A stretch of 64,000 bases of DNA from an uncultured Clostridium sp. (GCA_902493795.1 CABUQZ010000001.1:38697-102696); one strand, 5' to 3'. Shown: positions 49,586 to 60,119, counted from the stretch's first letter. Notes: generated by a model not told the origin, from the letters alone. Translations and numbers: made by a program.

Positions 49586-49686
49586 TGTGGATAAAAATTG
49601 TTGATTAAAAAAATAGAAATATATGTAAAGTAAAATAAAAATAGAATATTAAAAAATAATTTTTATATATTTTTTATTGTGGATAA
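49586..49686 (+). promoter_or_regulatory. Two further perfect DnaA boxes (TGTGGATAA at 49586-49594 and 49678-49686) inside an almost pure A/T tract (49600-49900)
   Basis: 9/9 consensus boxes in the same orientation as the composite units; the flanking DNA is over 90% AT. Confidence 0.7.
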
Positions 49687-49930
49687 AATTTAAAAAAACA
49701 AAAAAATATGTGTTTTAACACTTTTTATATCAAGAAAATAACAAAAATGTAATAATAATATTTATATGTATGATTTTGCTTATAAAATATTTTTATAGAT
49801 AAAAAATAATGTTTTTATATAATGTCAATATGTATGCTTAAAAATAAATGTAAAGTATGTAAATATACGTAAAAATAATGATAACTTGTTGATAAAAAAT
49901 ATATTCAAAATGTCTGTAAAATAAAATATT

Positions 49931-49945
49931 TATGGTATAATATAT
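49931..49945 (+). promoter_or_regulatory. Extended -10 promoter element (TGgTATAAT) for dnaX
   Basis: tatggtataat lies 25 nt upstream of the dnaX start. Confidence 0.45.
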
Positions 49946-49967
49946 CTTGAGATTTATAGGGGGACTT

Positions 49968-51536
49968 ATGGAATATCAGACATTATATAGAAAATATAGA
50001 CCTAAGAATTTTGATGAAGTTGTGGGACAAAAAGTAACTATTCAAATATTGAAAAATGCTTTGAACAAAAATAAATTGTCTCATGCGTATCTTTTTTATG
50101 GACCACGTGGAACTGGAAAAACATCAATTGCCAAAATACTTTCAAGAACGATCAATTGTGAACATCACGAAGATGGAATTCCATGCGAAGAATGCACAAG
50201 TTGTTTAGCATCCATTAATCCAGGATGTGTGGATATTATAGAAATAGATGCGGCTTCAAATAATGGTGTTGATGAAATAAGAGAATTAAAAAATAACGTT
50301 ACTTTTGTTCCATCTGAATTAAAATACAAGGTATATATTGTTGATGAGGTGCATATGCTTTCTTCAAGTGCCTTTAACGCACTATTAAAAACATTAGAAG
50401 AACCACCAGCTCACGCTATATTTATTCTTGCAACTACAGAGTTTCAGAAAGTTCCGTTGACTATTGTTTCTAGATGCCAAACTCTTGAATTTAAAAAAAT
50501 TGATGATATTTCAATGACACAAAAGTTAAAAGAAATCTCTTTAAAAGAAAATATCAAAATAGATGATACTGGCTTAAAAGAAATATGTAAATATTCTAAT
50601 GGAGGACTTCGTGATGCAATAGGAATACTTGAAAAAGCAATTGCATATACTGATGATACAATCACAGATAATACCATAAAAGAAATATCTGGTAATATAT
50701 CTGATAGTGAACTTGAGATGTTTACAAAAATGTTTGATGATAAAAATATTGAAGGAATTATTCAAAAAATATCTGACTATTATAACGAAGGTATTGATCT
50801 AATAAAATTGTCTAATAATTTAATTGATTATAATAGAAATAAGATGATTAACACAAAAAAATATTCTACTAAAACATGTAGTTTACTAATTGAATTAGAT
50901 AAAATGGTATCTAATATGGAAAAGTCAGAAAATCCAAAAACTTTGTTAGAAGCAACTATAATTAATTTTCTTATTGATAAAAAAGAAGAAAATATACCAA
51001 ATAATAGTAACGTTTCTAAGAATGTTAATCAAATAGATACAGAATCAACTGAGCAAAATAATAATGAAGTAAAACCAATAGAAGAAAAGCCTGTTTCAAT
51101 AGAAACAAAAGATGATTTAATAGAGATAAGGGTTAACAATACTCTATGTAATCCTCAAAAAAATATTATTTCAGAAATAAGAAATAATTGGGATAAAATG
51201 AAAGATTATGCGTTTGATGAGGAATTTGGTAACATAGCAAGATTATTATCATCTGATGTGGTGCCAGTTGCAGCAAGTGATACAAACGTAGTATTAACAT
51301 CAAAAATGGGTGGAATAGCAACACAAATTAATACTGAACTAGACACTGTGGAAAAAATATTTAACAAAATCTTCAATAAGAAATATAAGGTAATTTGTTT
51401 ATCTGAAACAACGTGGAAAAAATATACTGAAGAATATAGAGAAAATAAATCGAAATTTACTTATATTGAAGAAAAAATAAACGAAAAAAAGAATAAGACA
51501 TTAAAAGAAAAAGCAAGAGAATTATTTGATGAATAG
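49968..51536 (+). CDS. dnaX: DNA polymerase III subunit gamma/tau
   Basis: YRPKNFDEVVGQ ... GPRGTGKTSIAKIL ... zinc module CEHHEDGIPCEECTSC. Start at MEYQTLY with RBS GGGGGA (the tracked ORF begins 7 codons upstream). Confidence 0.95.
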   Translation: MEYQTLYRKYRPKNFDEVVGQKVTIQILKNALNKNKLSHAYLFYGPRGTGKTSIAKILSRTINCEHHEDGIPCEECTSCLASINPGCVDIIEIDAASNNGVDEIRELKNNVTFVPSELKYKVYIVDEVHMLSSSAFNALLKTLEEPPAHAIFILATTEFQKVPLTIVSRCQTLEFKKIDDISMTQKLKEISLKENIKIDDTGLKEICKYSNGGLRDAIGILEKAIAYTDDTITDNTIKEISGNISDSELEMFTKMFDDKNIEGIIQKISDYYNEGIDLIKLSNNLIDYNRNKMINTKKYSTKTCSLLIELDKMVSNMEKSENPKTLLEATIINFLIDKKEENIPNNSNVSKNVNQIDTESTEQNNNEVKPIEEKPVSIETKDDLIEIRVNNTLCNPQKNIISEIRNNWDKMKDYAFDEEFGNIARLLSSDVVPVAASDTNVVLTSKMGGIATQINTELDTVEKIFNKIFNKKYKVICLSETTWKKYTEEYRENKSKFTYIEEKINEKKNKTLKEKARELFDE

Positions 51537-51547
51537 AGGAGGAAAAT

Positions 51548-51847
51548 ATGAATATTCAAGCTTTAATGAGACAAGCACAAACACTACAAAAGGATATGCA
51601 AAAACAAGAAGAGGAAATTGAAAAAACAACATTTGAAGGAGAAAGCGCATTAGTAAAAGTAAAAGTAAATGGTAAAAAAGAAATCCTTTCAGTAACTATT
51701 GAAAATAAAGAAAATTTAGAAAAAGATGATCTAGAAATACTAGAAGATATGATAATGGTTGCTATTAATAATGCTTTTAAAAAAGTTGATGATTTAAGAG
51801 AAAAGAAAATGTCAAAATATTCTAATATGATGCCAGGATTATTTTAA
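51548..51847 (+). CDS. ybaB: Nucleoid-associated protein YbaB/EbfC
   Basis: MNIQALMRQAQTLQKDMQKQEEEI...; dnaX-ybaB-recR synteny. Confidence 0.9.
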   Translation: MNIQALMRQAQTLQKDMQKQEEEIEKTTFEGESALVKVKVNGKKEILSVTIENKENLEKDDLEILEDMIMVAINNAFKKVDDLREKKMSKYSNMMPGLF

Positions 51848-52443
51848 TGTATCCAGAAAGTTTAAAAAATTTAATTGAAAGTTTTAAATTATTGCCAGGA
51901 ATTGGTGAAAAAACAGCTGAAAGAATGGCATTTTTCATACTAAACGAAGATGAAGAAAAGACAGAATTCTTTGCTAAATCAATAAAAGAAGCAAAACAAA
52001 AAATTAGAAGATGTTCTATTTGTAATGGTATAACAGACAAAGATATATGCGAAATATGTTCTAATGAATGCAGAAATAAAAATACACTTTGTGTAGTAGA
52101 AGATCCAAAAAGTATCTTCTTATTCGAAAAAATAGGGGCTTATAATGGCGAATATCACGTATTAGATGGCCTAATATCACCACTAGATGGTGTTGATCCA
52201 GATGATATAGGAATAGAAAAACTAGTTAAGAGAATTGAAACAAACCATTATGATGAAATAATAATTGCAGTAAAACCTAGTGTAGAAGGTGAAACTACAG
52301 CAATGTATATAAAAAAGATAATCGAAGGAATGAATATTAAAGTAACAAGATTAGCAAGTGGAGTACCTATAGGAACAGATATTGAATACATAGATTCTAT
52401 GACATTAGAAAGAGCTCTAACAGATAGAAAAGAAATTGAATAA
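51847..52443 (+). CDS. recR: Recombination protein RecR
   Basis: HhH LPGIGEKTAERMAFF, C4 zinc finger CSICNGITDKDICEIC, Toprim. Confidence 0.95.
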   Translation: MYPESLKNLIESFKLLPGIGEKTAERMAFFILNEDEEKTEFFAKSIKEAKQKIRRCSICNGITDKDICEICSNECRNKNTLCVVEDPKSIFLFEKIGAYNGEYHVLDGLISPLDGVDPDDIGIEKLVKRIETNHYDEIIIAVKPSVEGETTAMYIKKIIEGMNIKVTRLASGVPIGTDIEYIDSMTLERALTDRKEIE

Positions 52444-52481
52444 CTTTTCTAGTTTTTTCATATTAGTAAATAGGTGAAAGT

Positions 52482-52673
52482 GTGAAAAAACTGATTTTTT
52501 TGATTAGAAAAATAATATTATCTTTTTTGATTTTGTATACCTATAATTTAATTGCAGTATCATTTAATATGGTTATCCCAATTAATATTTTTTCACTTGG
52601 AATATTAACCTTTTTGGATGCTCCTGGATTAATTCTATTGGTATCAATATTAAAAATATTTTATATGGGGTAA
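52482..52673 (+). CDS. bofA: BofA-family small membrane protein (pro-sigma-K processing inhibitor-like)
   Basis: Two-TM 63-aa protein. VIPINIFSLGILTFLDAPGLILLVSILKIF resembles B. subtilis BofA HVPINLVTTAISGILGIPGIAALVVIKQF. GTG start with RBS AGGTGA. Confidence 0.5.
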   Translation: MKKLIFLIRKIILSFLILYTYNLIAVSFNMVIPINIFSLGILTFLDAPGLILLVSILKIFYMG

Positions 52674-52677
52674 TTAT

Positions 52678-53529
52678 ATGGATGAAGAAAGTATTAGGAA
52701 AAAATTTAATGAGTATATCTCAAAATATATAAAAAACGATAGAATAAATCATGCATATATGATTGAGACAAACTACACTGATAAAGTTACTTTAGCTAAA
52801 GAATTAGTTAATCTAATAATAAAAAATGATAGTGTAACTATTGATGATATGATAAAAAATGAGGATTTAATTATTTTATCTAGTGACACAAATTTAATAC
52901 TTGTTAAAGAAATAGAAAATTTAAAAGAAAAATTCAAAACAAAATCTATATATGATAAAAAAAGAATATATATAATAGATGGAGCAGAAAAACTAAATGA
53001 TTCTTCATCAAATAAATTACTTAAATTCCTAGAAGAACCAGAACAAGATATAATTGCAATTTTATTAACTAATAACAAAAATAAAGTAATAAATACGATC
53101 GTATCAAGATGTCAGCTGCTAAGATTCATATTAAATGAAAATAAGTTCAAAAAAATAGAGAATGATTATATAGAAAATATGTTCGATTTTTTGATGAATA
53201 TCGAAGAAAACAAAGAAGCAGCAATTGCTTTTCCAAATAGAATGAATTTAAAAAATTTAAATGATAGAAAATACTGCTTTGACTTTTTGAATAATTTGTT
53301 ATACATATATGATGATGTATTAAATTATAAGGTAGGAAAAAAGATTAATTATTTTGAAAATAACATTGATAAACTTGAGATAATAAGTTCAAATAACGAT
53401 ACAAAAGATATAATGAGAAAAATTGATGCTATCAATCAATGTATATATAGACTAAAGTTTAATCCTAATATTAGATTATTATTAGACAAGCTTATAATGC
53501 TAATGACGGGAGATGATAATAATGAATGA
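52678..53529 (+). CDS. holB: DNA polymerase III delta-prime subunit
   Basis: AAA+-like protein with a degenerate P-loop (NHAYMIE) and clamp-loader sensor motifs; synteny. Confidence 0.6.
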   Translation: MDEESIRKKFNEYISKYIKNDRINHAYMIETNYTDKVTLAKELVNLIIKNDSVTIDDMIKNEDLIILSSDTNLILVKEIENLKEKFKTKSIYDKKRIYIIDGAEKLNDSSSNKLLKFLEEPEQDIIAILLTNNKNKVINTIVSRCQLLRFILNENKFKKIENDYIENMFDFLMNIEENKEAAIAFPNRMNLKNLNDRKYCFDFLNNLLYIYDDVLNYKVGKKINYFENNIDKLEIISSNNDTKDIMRKIDAINQCIYRLKFNPNIRLLLDKLIMLMTGDDNNE

Positions 53530-54322
53530 AGTAATAGGAATAAATTATGAAACTGGAAATAGAATTCACTATTTTAGCACAAATAATTTAGAAATAAAAA
53601 AGGGAGATAATCTTATAGTAGAAACAGAAAGAGGACTTCAGTTTTGTACAGCAGCAACAGATATAATGGAACTACCAGATTCTAAGATTATTGCCCCTTT
53701 AAAGCCTGTTTTAAGAATTGCTAGTAAAGAAGACATAAAAAAAGCAGCAGATAATAGAAAAGTATGTACTGAAGCAATAGCAAAAGCAAGAAAAATAGCT
53801 AACGATTTAAAACTAGATATGAAATTTATCGACTGTAGTTATACTTTAGATAGAAATCAATTGGTTTTTAACTTTCTAGCAGATGAAAGAGTAGATTTTA
53901 GAGAACTAGCCAAAAAATTAGCTTCTCAGTACAAAACAAGAATTGAATTAAGACAAATTGGTGTAAGAGATAAAGCAAAAGAAATAGGTGGAATAGGTCC
54001 ATGTGGTAGGGTACTATGTTGTGCAACCTTCCTAAATGATTTTAGTAGTGTATCAATAAATATGGCTAAAAATCAGAATATATCTTTAAATCCATCAAAA
54101 ATCAATGGAATATGCGGAAGATTATTATGTTGCTTGAATTATGAAGATGATACATATACTGAGTTAAAAAAAGTATTTCCACCTGTAGGATCTAGAATCA
54201 AAGTAAATGATATTGAAGGAAAAGTTGTATCTTGTAACGTACTAAATAACAAAATAACTATTGAAAAAAGTGATAAAACTCAATTAGAAGTAGAGTATAA
54301 ACCAAATGAAAGTAATAAATGA
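53513..54322 (+). CDS. yaaT: PSP1-domain protein YaaT/RicT
   Basis: PSP1 C-terminal-like region; synteny after holB. Confidence 0.75.
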   Translation: MIIMNEVIGINYETGNRIHYFSTNNLEIKKGDNLIVETERGLQFCTAATDIMELPDSKIIAPLKPVLRIASKEDIKKAADNRKVCTEAIAKARKIANDLKLDMKFIDCSYTLDRNQLVFNFLADERVDFRELAKKLASQYKTRIELRQIGVRDKAKEIGGIGPCGRVLCCATFLNDFSSVSINMAKNQNISLNPSKINGICGRLLCCLNYEDDTYTELKKVFPPVGSRIKVNDIEGKVVSCNVLNNKITIEKSDKTQLEVEYKPNESNK

Positions 54323-55037
54323 TTTGCTAAATTATAGTGATTTGAAAATAGTACAAGATGATGATTATTTTAATTTTTCTTTAGATTCTGTACTTTTACC
54401 AAATTTTGTCAAAATTAATAGTAGAACTAAGAATATATTGGATTTAGGTACTGGAAATGCTCCAATTCCTATGATACTTTCAACAATGACAGATGCTAAT
54501 ATATATGGTATCGAACTACAAAAAGAAATATTTGATATGGCTAAAGAGTCTTTAAAAATTAATAATTTAGAGGATAAAATTACATTAATTAATGATAATA
54601 TGAAGAATTTGGACAAGTATTTTCCAGCAAATTATTTTGATGTAATAGTATCTAATCCACCATATTTCAGACTAAATGAAATGTCTAACGTTAATGAAAC
54701 CATTCAAAAGACAATTGCTCGTCATGAAAAAGAAATCACTCTAGAAGAAATTGTACAAATTGCCAAAAAATTCTTAAATAACAATGGTACTTTTGCTATG
54801 GTACATAGAACTGATAGATTAATAGAAATAATAGAAGAATTTAGAAAAAATAACATTGAACCAAAAAGAATACAGCTTATATATCCAAAAGACAATACAG
54901 AATCAAACATGGTATTAATCGAAGGAAGAAAAAATGGAAATATTGGGTTAAAAATACTTCCACCATTGATTGCTCATAAACAAAATGGGGAATATAGTGA
55001 AGAAGTTAAAAAAATGTTCCAAGAAAGGGGTAAATAA
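54306..55037 (+). CDS. SAM-dependent methyltransferase, YabB/TrmN6-like (NPPY motif)
   Basis: LDLGTGNAPIP ... VSNPPYF. Confidence 0.7.
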   Translation: MKVINDLLNYSDLKIVQDDDYFNFSLDSVLLPNFVKINSRTKNILDLGTGNAPIPMILSTMTDANIYGIELQKEIFDMAKESLKINNLEDKITLINDNMKNLDKYFPANYFDVIVSNPPYFRLNEMSNVNETIQKTIARHEKEITLEEIVQIAKKFLNNNGTFAMVHRTDRLIEIIEEFRKNNIEPKRIQLIYPKDNTESNMVLIEGRKNGNIGLKILPPLIAHKQNGEYSEEVKKMFQERGK

Positions 55038-55038
55038 A

Positions 55039-55593
55039 ATGAAATTAATAGTAGGTTTAGGTAATCCTGGAAAAGAATATGAAAATACAAGACATAATAT
55101 CGGGTTTATTTTTATAGATAATTTTGCTAAATCATTAGGAGTAACTATAGAAAAAGAAAAATTTAATGGATTATATACACAAGTTACAATTAATGATGAA
55201 AAAGTAATTTTGTTAAAACCATTATCTTTTATGAACCTTTCTGGTGAAGTAGTAAGAAAATATGTTGATTTTTTTAAAATAGATATAAATGACATTTTAA
55301 TAATAAATGATGACTTAGATTTAACTTTTGGTAGAATTAGATTAAGGCCTTCTGGATCAAGTGGAGGACACAATGGTCTTAAAAATATTGCCTTACATTT
55401 AAATTCAGAGAAGTTTAAACGCATAAAAATAGGAATTTCTAATGATAAATCTATTGATACAAAAGATTATGTCTTAGGAAAATTTAGTAAAGAAGAAAAA
55501 GAAACTTTAGATAATCTGAAAGAAACAGTCAATAACATACTTAATGACTTTCTTTTAACAGATTTCGACAAGTTAATGTGCAAATATAATTAA
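55039..55593 (+). CDS. pth: Peptidyl-tRNA hydrolase
   Basis: MKLIVGLGNPGKEYENTRHNIGF; RBS AAAGGGG. The tracked ORF is extended upstream in-frame. Confidence 0.95.
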   Translation: MKLIVGLGNPGKEYENTRHNIGFIFIDNFAKSLGVTIEKEKFNGLYTQVTINDEKVILLKPLSFMNLSGEVVRKYVDFFKIDINDILIINDDLDLTFGRIRLRPSGSSGGHNGLKNIALHLNSEKFKRIKIGISNDKSIDTKDYVLGKFSKEEKETLDNLKETVNNILNDFLLTDFDKLMCKYN

Positions 55594-55605
55594 AAAGGGA
55601 TTAAA

Positions 55606-58600
55606 ATGGATTTACTAAAAGATTTAATTACAATAAAAGAAGGTAAAAAAATAGGATTGGTCGGACTAAACGACGAATTCTTTTCGTTGTACATTAATAA
55701 ACTTCTTGATGAAAGTAACAAAAATATATTAATAGTAACATCAACATTATATGAAGCAAATATTTTAAATAACTTTTTATCAAGTTACACAAATAAATCA
55801 TATTTATTTCCCATGGATGACTTCTTAACAAGTGAGTCTATTGCAATGAGCCCTGATTTAAAGGTATCAAGACTTGAAACAATAAATAAAACTTTATCAA
55901 ATGATAAAAAAATAATAGTAACGCATTTAAATGGGTATTTAAGATATTTGCCAACAAAACAAAATTATATTAACTCTATAATTAATTTAAAAGTAGGGCA
56001 AGAAATATCAAGAGATGAATTATTAAAAAGAATAATTACTTCTGGATACACAAGAGAAAGTATTGTAACTAAAACAGGTGAACTAGGAGTAAGAGGATAT
56101 GTTCTTGATATATTTCCAGTAGAATATGAGCATCCTGTAAGAATTGAATTTTTTGGTGATGAAATTGATTCATTAAGACTATTTGATGAAGTAAGCCAGA
56201 AAACAATCGAAGAAATAAAAGAATGTAGAATATTTCCAAATACTGAATTTATTGTTGACGATGAAGTAGAGATAGAAAAAAATAATCAAAAGTATTTGAA
56301 AGAATTAACAGGTGGAAAAATAAATTCAATTTATGATTATTTAGATAAACCAGTAACAGTATTTAAAAATTATAATCAGATATTGGTTAACTATGAAACA
56401 ATGCTAGAACAAATAAAAGAGTATAATAGTGATCAAGATAGTGACTTTACAGATGACTACATGTATAGTATCGATGACATTAAAAACGATTTAGTGATTT
56501 ACTATAACACTATTGATAACATAATAGAGGGTATAAGTAAACAAGATGTAGTAAATTTCGACATAAAAGAAGTAAATAGTTTCAACGAGAATATAGATTC
56601 TATTAATAAATATTTAAGTACTAATATTTATATGGGAAAAACATTTGTAATAGCCTTAAAAGACTTTCAAATCAAAAGTTTTACGAAATATCTAACAGAG
56701 CCTTACATAGTAACCAACACTAACAATATTATTGAAAATAAAATAAATATTATTAATAAAAGCTTAAATAAAGGATTCATTTATAAAAACATAATATTAC
56801 TTACAGAAACAGAATTATTTAATAAGCACATTAACAAAGCAAAGTATAAAACTAATTTTAAATACTCTTCCAAAATTAGAAACATTAATAACTTAGAAGT
56901 AGGGGATTACGTGGTTCATAGCCTTCATGGTATTGGTGTATACAATGGAATTAAGACACTTAACCAAGGTTCTTTCTTAAAAGATTATCTTGAAATACTT
57001 TATCAAGGTAAAGATAAGCTTTATATTCCAGTAGAGAAAATAGAGTTAATATCTAAATACACTGGAAAAGAAGGAGTAACACCTAAAATAAATAAATTAG
57101 GTGGTGTTGAATGGGAAAAAACTAAGAAAAGAGTAAAAAATAAAGTAAAAGATATAGCTGAAAAATTATTAAAGTTGTATGCATTAAGAGAAATTAAAAA
57201 AGGTCATCAATTTAGAAAAGACGATGAACTTCAAGAGCTATTTGAAAACGAATTTGCATATACTCCAACTGATGATCAACTTTTAGCATCAAAACAGATA
57301 AAAGAAGATATGGAGTCAAGTACCCCAATGGATAGACTTCTATGTGGCGATGTTGGTTATGGAAAAACAGAAGTAGCTTTTAGAGCCATGTTCAAAGCAG
57401 TAAATGATGGAAAGCAAGTATTATATTTGTGTCCTACAACTATTTTATCTAAACAACAGTACGAAAGTGCTAAAGAAAGATTTAAAAATTTCCCAGTAAA
57501 CATGGGACTTTTAAACAGATTTACTTCCCCAAAAGAAGTAAAACAGATAATAAGCGATTTAGAAGAAAAGAAAGTTGATATTGTTTTTGGGACTCATAGA
57601 TTACTAAGTAATGATATTAAGCCAAAAGACTTAGGTCTTCTTGTAATAGATGAGGAGCAAAGATTTGGAGTTGTTCACAAAGAAAAAATAAAGGAATATA
57701 AAGAAAATGTTGATGTACTAACTCTTACTGCAACACCTATTCCAAGAACTCTACAAATGTCTATGACAGGGCTTAGAAGTCTTTCCTTAATTGAGACTCC
57801 TCCTGTTGATAGATATCCTGTACAAACTTATGTTATGGAAGAAAATAATCACATCATAAAAGATGCAGTATATAAAGAACTATCAAGAAATGGACAAATA
57901 TTCATACTTTATAATAGAGTTGAAACAATAGAAGCAAAAAAACTAGAAATACAAAAACTAATTCCTGAAGCAAGAATAGTTGTAGCCCATGGACAAATGG
58001 GTAAAGATGAACTAGAAAATAAAATGATTGAGTTTGTTAATCATGAATATGACATTATGTTGTGTACCACTATCATTGAAACAGGAATAGACATTCCAAA
58101 TGTTAATACGATAATAATATTAAATGCTGATTACTTTGGGTTAAGTCAGTTATATCAAGTAAGAGGAAGGGTTGGAAGAAGTAATAAAATAGCTTATGCA
58201 TATCTTATGTATGACAGAAATAAAGTTCTAAACGATATTGCTATAAAAAGATTAAATGTTTTAAAAGAATTTACAGAATTAGGTAGTGGATTTTCTATTG
58301 CAACAAGGGATTTATCAATAAGAGGAGCAGGAGATATATTAGGAAGTGAACAAGCCGGTTTTATTGATAATATAGGTATTGAACTATACTTAAAAATATT
58401 AAATGAAGAAGTTGCAAGATTAAAAGGTGAAACTGTAGAAGAAGAGCCAGTAAAAGATGAAAGACCACTATTAAATGTAGAAACGCATATTAGTGATGAA
58501 TATGTAGATGATACAGATTTAAAAATAGAAATTCACAAAAAGATTAATCAAATAGACTCACTAGAAAAATTAGAATCAATCAAGAAAGAACTTGAAGATA

Positions 58601-58932
58601 GATTTGGTAAACTTGATGAAAAAGTAATAATATATATGTATGAAGAATGGTTTGAGGCATTAGCTAAGAAAAATGAAGTTGAAGAAGTACATGAAACTAA
58701 AAACTCTGTTGAACTAGTATTTTCTAGAGAAATGTCTGATAAGATAGATGGTGAGCAATTATTTGTCGATGCATATCAAATTTCAAGAATGTTTAGATTC
58801 CAAATGAAAAATAACCATTTAATATTAATTCTAGACACGATAAAACTAGAAGAAAATTACATCTATCTACTTACAAAAATTTTAGACAAAATAAAAATAA
58901 AAAACTTTAAAACAACTGAAAATATTGACTAA
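55606..58932 (+). CDS. mfd: Transcription-repair coupling factor Mfd
   Basis: RecG-like SF2 helicase motifs (LLCGDVGYGKTEVA, DEEQRFGV) with a UvrB-homology N-terminus; 1108 aa. Confidence 0.95.
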   Translation: MDLLKDLITIKEGKKIGLVGLNDEFFSLYINKLLDESNKNILIVTSTLYEANILNNFLSSYTNKSYLFPMDDFLTSESIAMSPDLKVSRLETINKTLSNDKKIIVTHLNGYLRYLPTKQNYINSIINLKVGQEISRDELLKRIITSGYTRESIVTKTGELGVRGYVLDIFPVEYEHPVRIEFFGDEIDSLRLFDEVSQKTIEEIKECRIFPNTEFIVDDEVEIEKNNQKYLKELTGGKINSIYDYLDKPVTVFKNYNQILVNYETMLEQIKEYNSDQDSDFTDDYMYSIDDIKNDLVIYYNTIDNIIEGISKQDVVNFDIKEVNSFNENIDSINKYLSTNIYMGKTFVIALKDFQIKSFTKYLTEPYIVTNTNNIIENKINIINKSLNKGFIYKNIILLTETELFNKHINKAKYKTNFKYSSKIRNINNLEVGDYVVHSLHGIGVYNGIKTLNQGSFLKDYLEILYQGKDKLYIPVEKIELISKYTGKEGVTPKINKLGGVEWEKTKKRVKNKVKDIAEKLLKLYALREIKKGHQFRKDDELQELFENEFAYTPTDDQLLASKQIKEDMESSTPMDRLLCGDVGYGKTEVAFRAMFKAVNDGKQVLYLCPTTILSKQQYESAKERFKNFPVNMGLLNRFTSPKEVKQIISDLEEKKVDIVFGTHRLLSNDIKPKDLGLLVIDEEQRFGVVHKEKIKEYKENVDVLTLTATPIPRTLQMSMTGLRSLSLIETPPVDRYPVQTYVMEENNHIIKDAVYKELSRNGQIFILYNRVETIEAKKLEIQKLIPEARIVVAHGQMGKDELENKMIEFVNHEYDIMLCTTIIETGIDIPNVNTIIILNADYFGLSQLYQVRGRVGRSNKIAYAYLMYDRNKVLNDIAIKRLNVLKEFTELGSGFSIATRDLSIRGAGDILGSEQAGFIDNIGIELYLKILNEEVARLKGETVEEEPVKDERPLLNVETHISDEYVDDTDLKIEIHKKINQIDSLEKLESIKKELEDRFGKLDEKVIIYMYEEWFEALAKKNEVEEVHETKNSVELVFSREMSDKIDGEQLFVDAYQISRMFRFQMKNNHLILILDTIKLEENYIYLLTKILDKIKIKNFKTTENID

Positions 58933-58985
58933 AAACACCATTTTTGTTAATATTTATTTAAAGAAAATAGGTGAATATTTGAAAG

Positions 58986-59609
58986 ATGAATAAGATAGAC
59001 GCAGACATTAGTAAAATGTTCAAGGATAAAAATAAAGAGATTTTTCTTAACAGTTTAACACTTGAAATGGAAAGAAATTTAGAAACACTAAAAAATACAA
59101 CAGACAATTGTGTAGCACTCGAGATTAATAAACTATTTTTATTCTTTAAAAAGTATTTTCAAGAAATTGATATTAAATATAAAAAAGAAGAATTACTAGG
59201 AATGCTATACAGAGAAAGAAAAAAGATAAATGATATTGTAAATGCCAAAATAGAAGAAAAAAAACAACGTATAAAAGAAAATTTCCTAGAAAAAGTTCAA
59301 GAAATTGATGAAAATTTCTTAGATAAATATAGTGAAGAGTTATCTTCTGAAACAAATAGAATTAATGAAGAAATCGAATTAGAACTAAAAAAAGAAATAC
59401 GTACAGAGTTTTCTTTATATATAACAAGTAAATATAAATTAAAAACTGTTGAACAAGACGAAAGAATTCATTCAAGAGTAGATATATTGTTTAACGAAAG
59501 TGTAATATCAAGAATCAAAGAACAAACAGTTTTTAGAGATGATTCATTAAAAAATATGGCAAAAGAATCATACAATAAGTATCTTGAATTAAATAAAAGA
59601 ACAACATAA
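58986..59609 (+). CDS. Hypothetical K/E-rich coiled-coil protein
   Basis: No recognisable motifs; coding potential supported by length and context. Confidence 0.4.
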   Translation: MNKIDADISKMFKDKNKEIFLNSLTLEMERNLETLKNTTDNCVALEINKLFLFFKKYFQEIDIKYKKEELLGMLYRERKKINDIVNAKIEEKKQRIKENFLEKVQEIDENFLDKYSEELSSETNRINEEIELELKKEIRTEFSLYITSKYKLKTVEQDERIHSRVDILFNESVISRIKEQTVFRDDSLKNMAKESYNKYLELNKRTT

Positions 59610-59631
59610 AGAACAAACTTATCTATTATGG

Positions 59632-60119
59632 ATGAGTTTGTTTTTACAAGGAGTAAAAAAAGAAAGTTTGAAAAAAATAAGTTTTGAACAATTCAAAATA
59701 GACATTAAAGATGATAAAAAATTATATGATGCATACAATTTACCAAAAAGAAGTACATTGTATGCAGCAGGTTATGATTTTGAAGCTATTGAACCTTTTA
59801 CAATAAAATCTGGGGAAATAAAAAAATCCCAACTGGAATAAAAGCTACAATGGAAAATGATGAGGTATTATTATTAATTGTTAGGAGTAGTCAAGGATTT
59901 ACTTATAACCTTAGAATGTGTAATCAAGTTGGGGTAATAGATAAAGATTATTTCAACAACAAAGATAACGAAGGACATATTTGGATAAAACTCAAAAATG
60001 AAGGCGATAAAGACTATGTCGTTTCAAAACATGATAGAATTATTCAAGGACTATTTATAAAATATTTATTAACAGATGACGATATTAAACCAATAAAAGA
60101 AAGAAAAACAAATCTTTAA
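59632..60119 (+). pseudogene. dut: dUTP diphosphatase (dut) split by a -1 frameshift inside an A7 run (either recoding or a homopolymer indel)
   Basis: ORF1 (59632-59841) has the dUTPase N-terminus ..PKRSTLYAAGYDFEAI... ORF2 (59850-60119) has the C-terminus ..LLLIVRSSQGFTYNLRMCNQVGVIDKDY..DRIIQGLF. The minus-one frame is open from 59793 and reads ..KKIPTGIKATMEND, restoring the conserved PTGI segment. Confidence 0.75.

Noticed and set aside
48337-49946. A 1.6-kb non-coding gap that might hide a prophage or IS remnant or a missed gene (e.g. tracked ORF 49274-49477)
   Set aside because: No transposase, integrase or att-like terminal repeats. Only short low-complexity antisense ORFs. The sequence content is explained by protein-binding site arrays.
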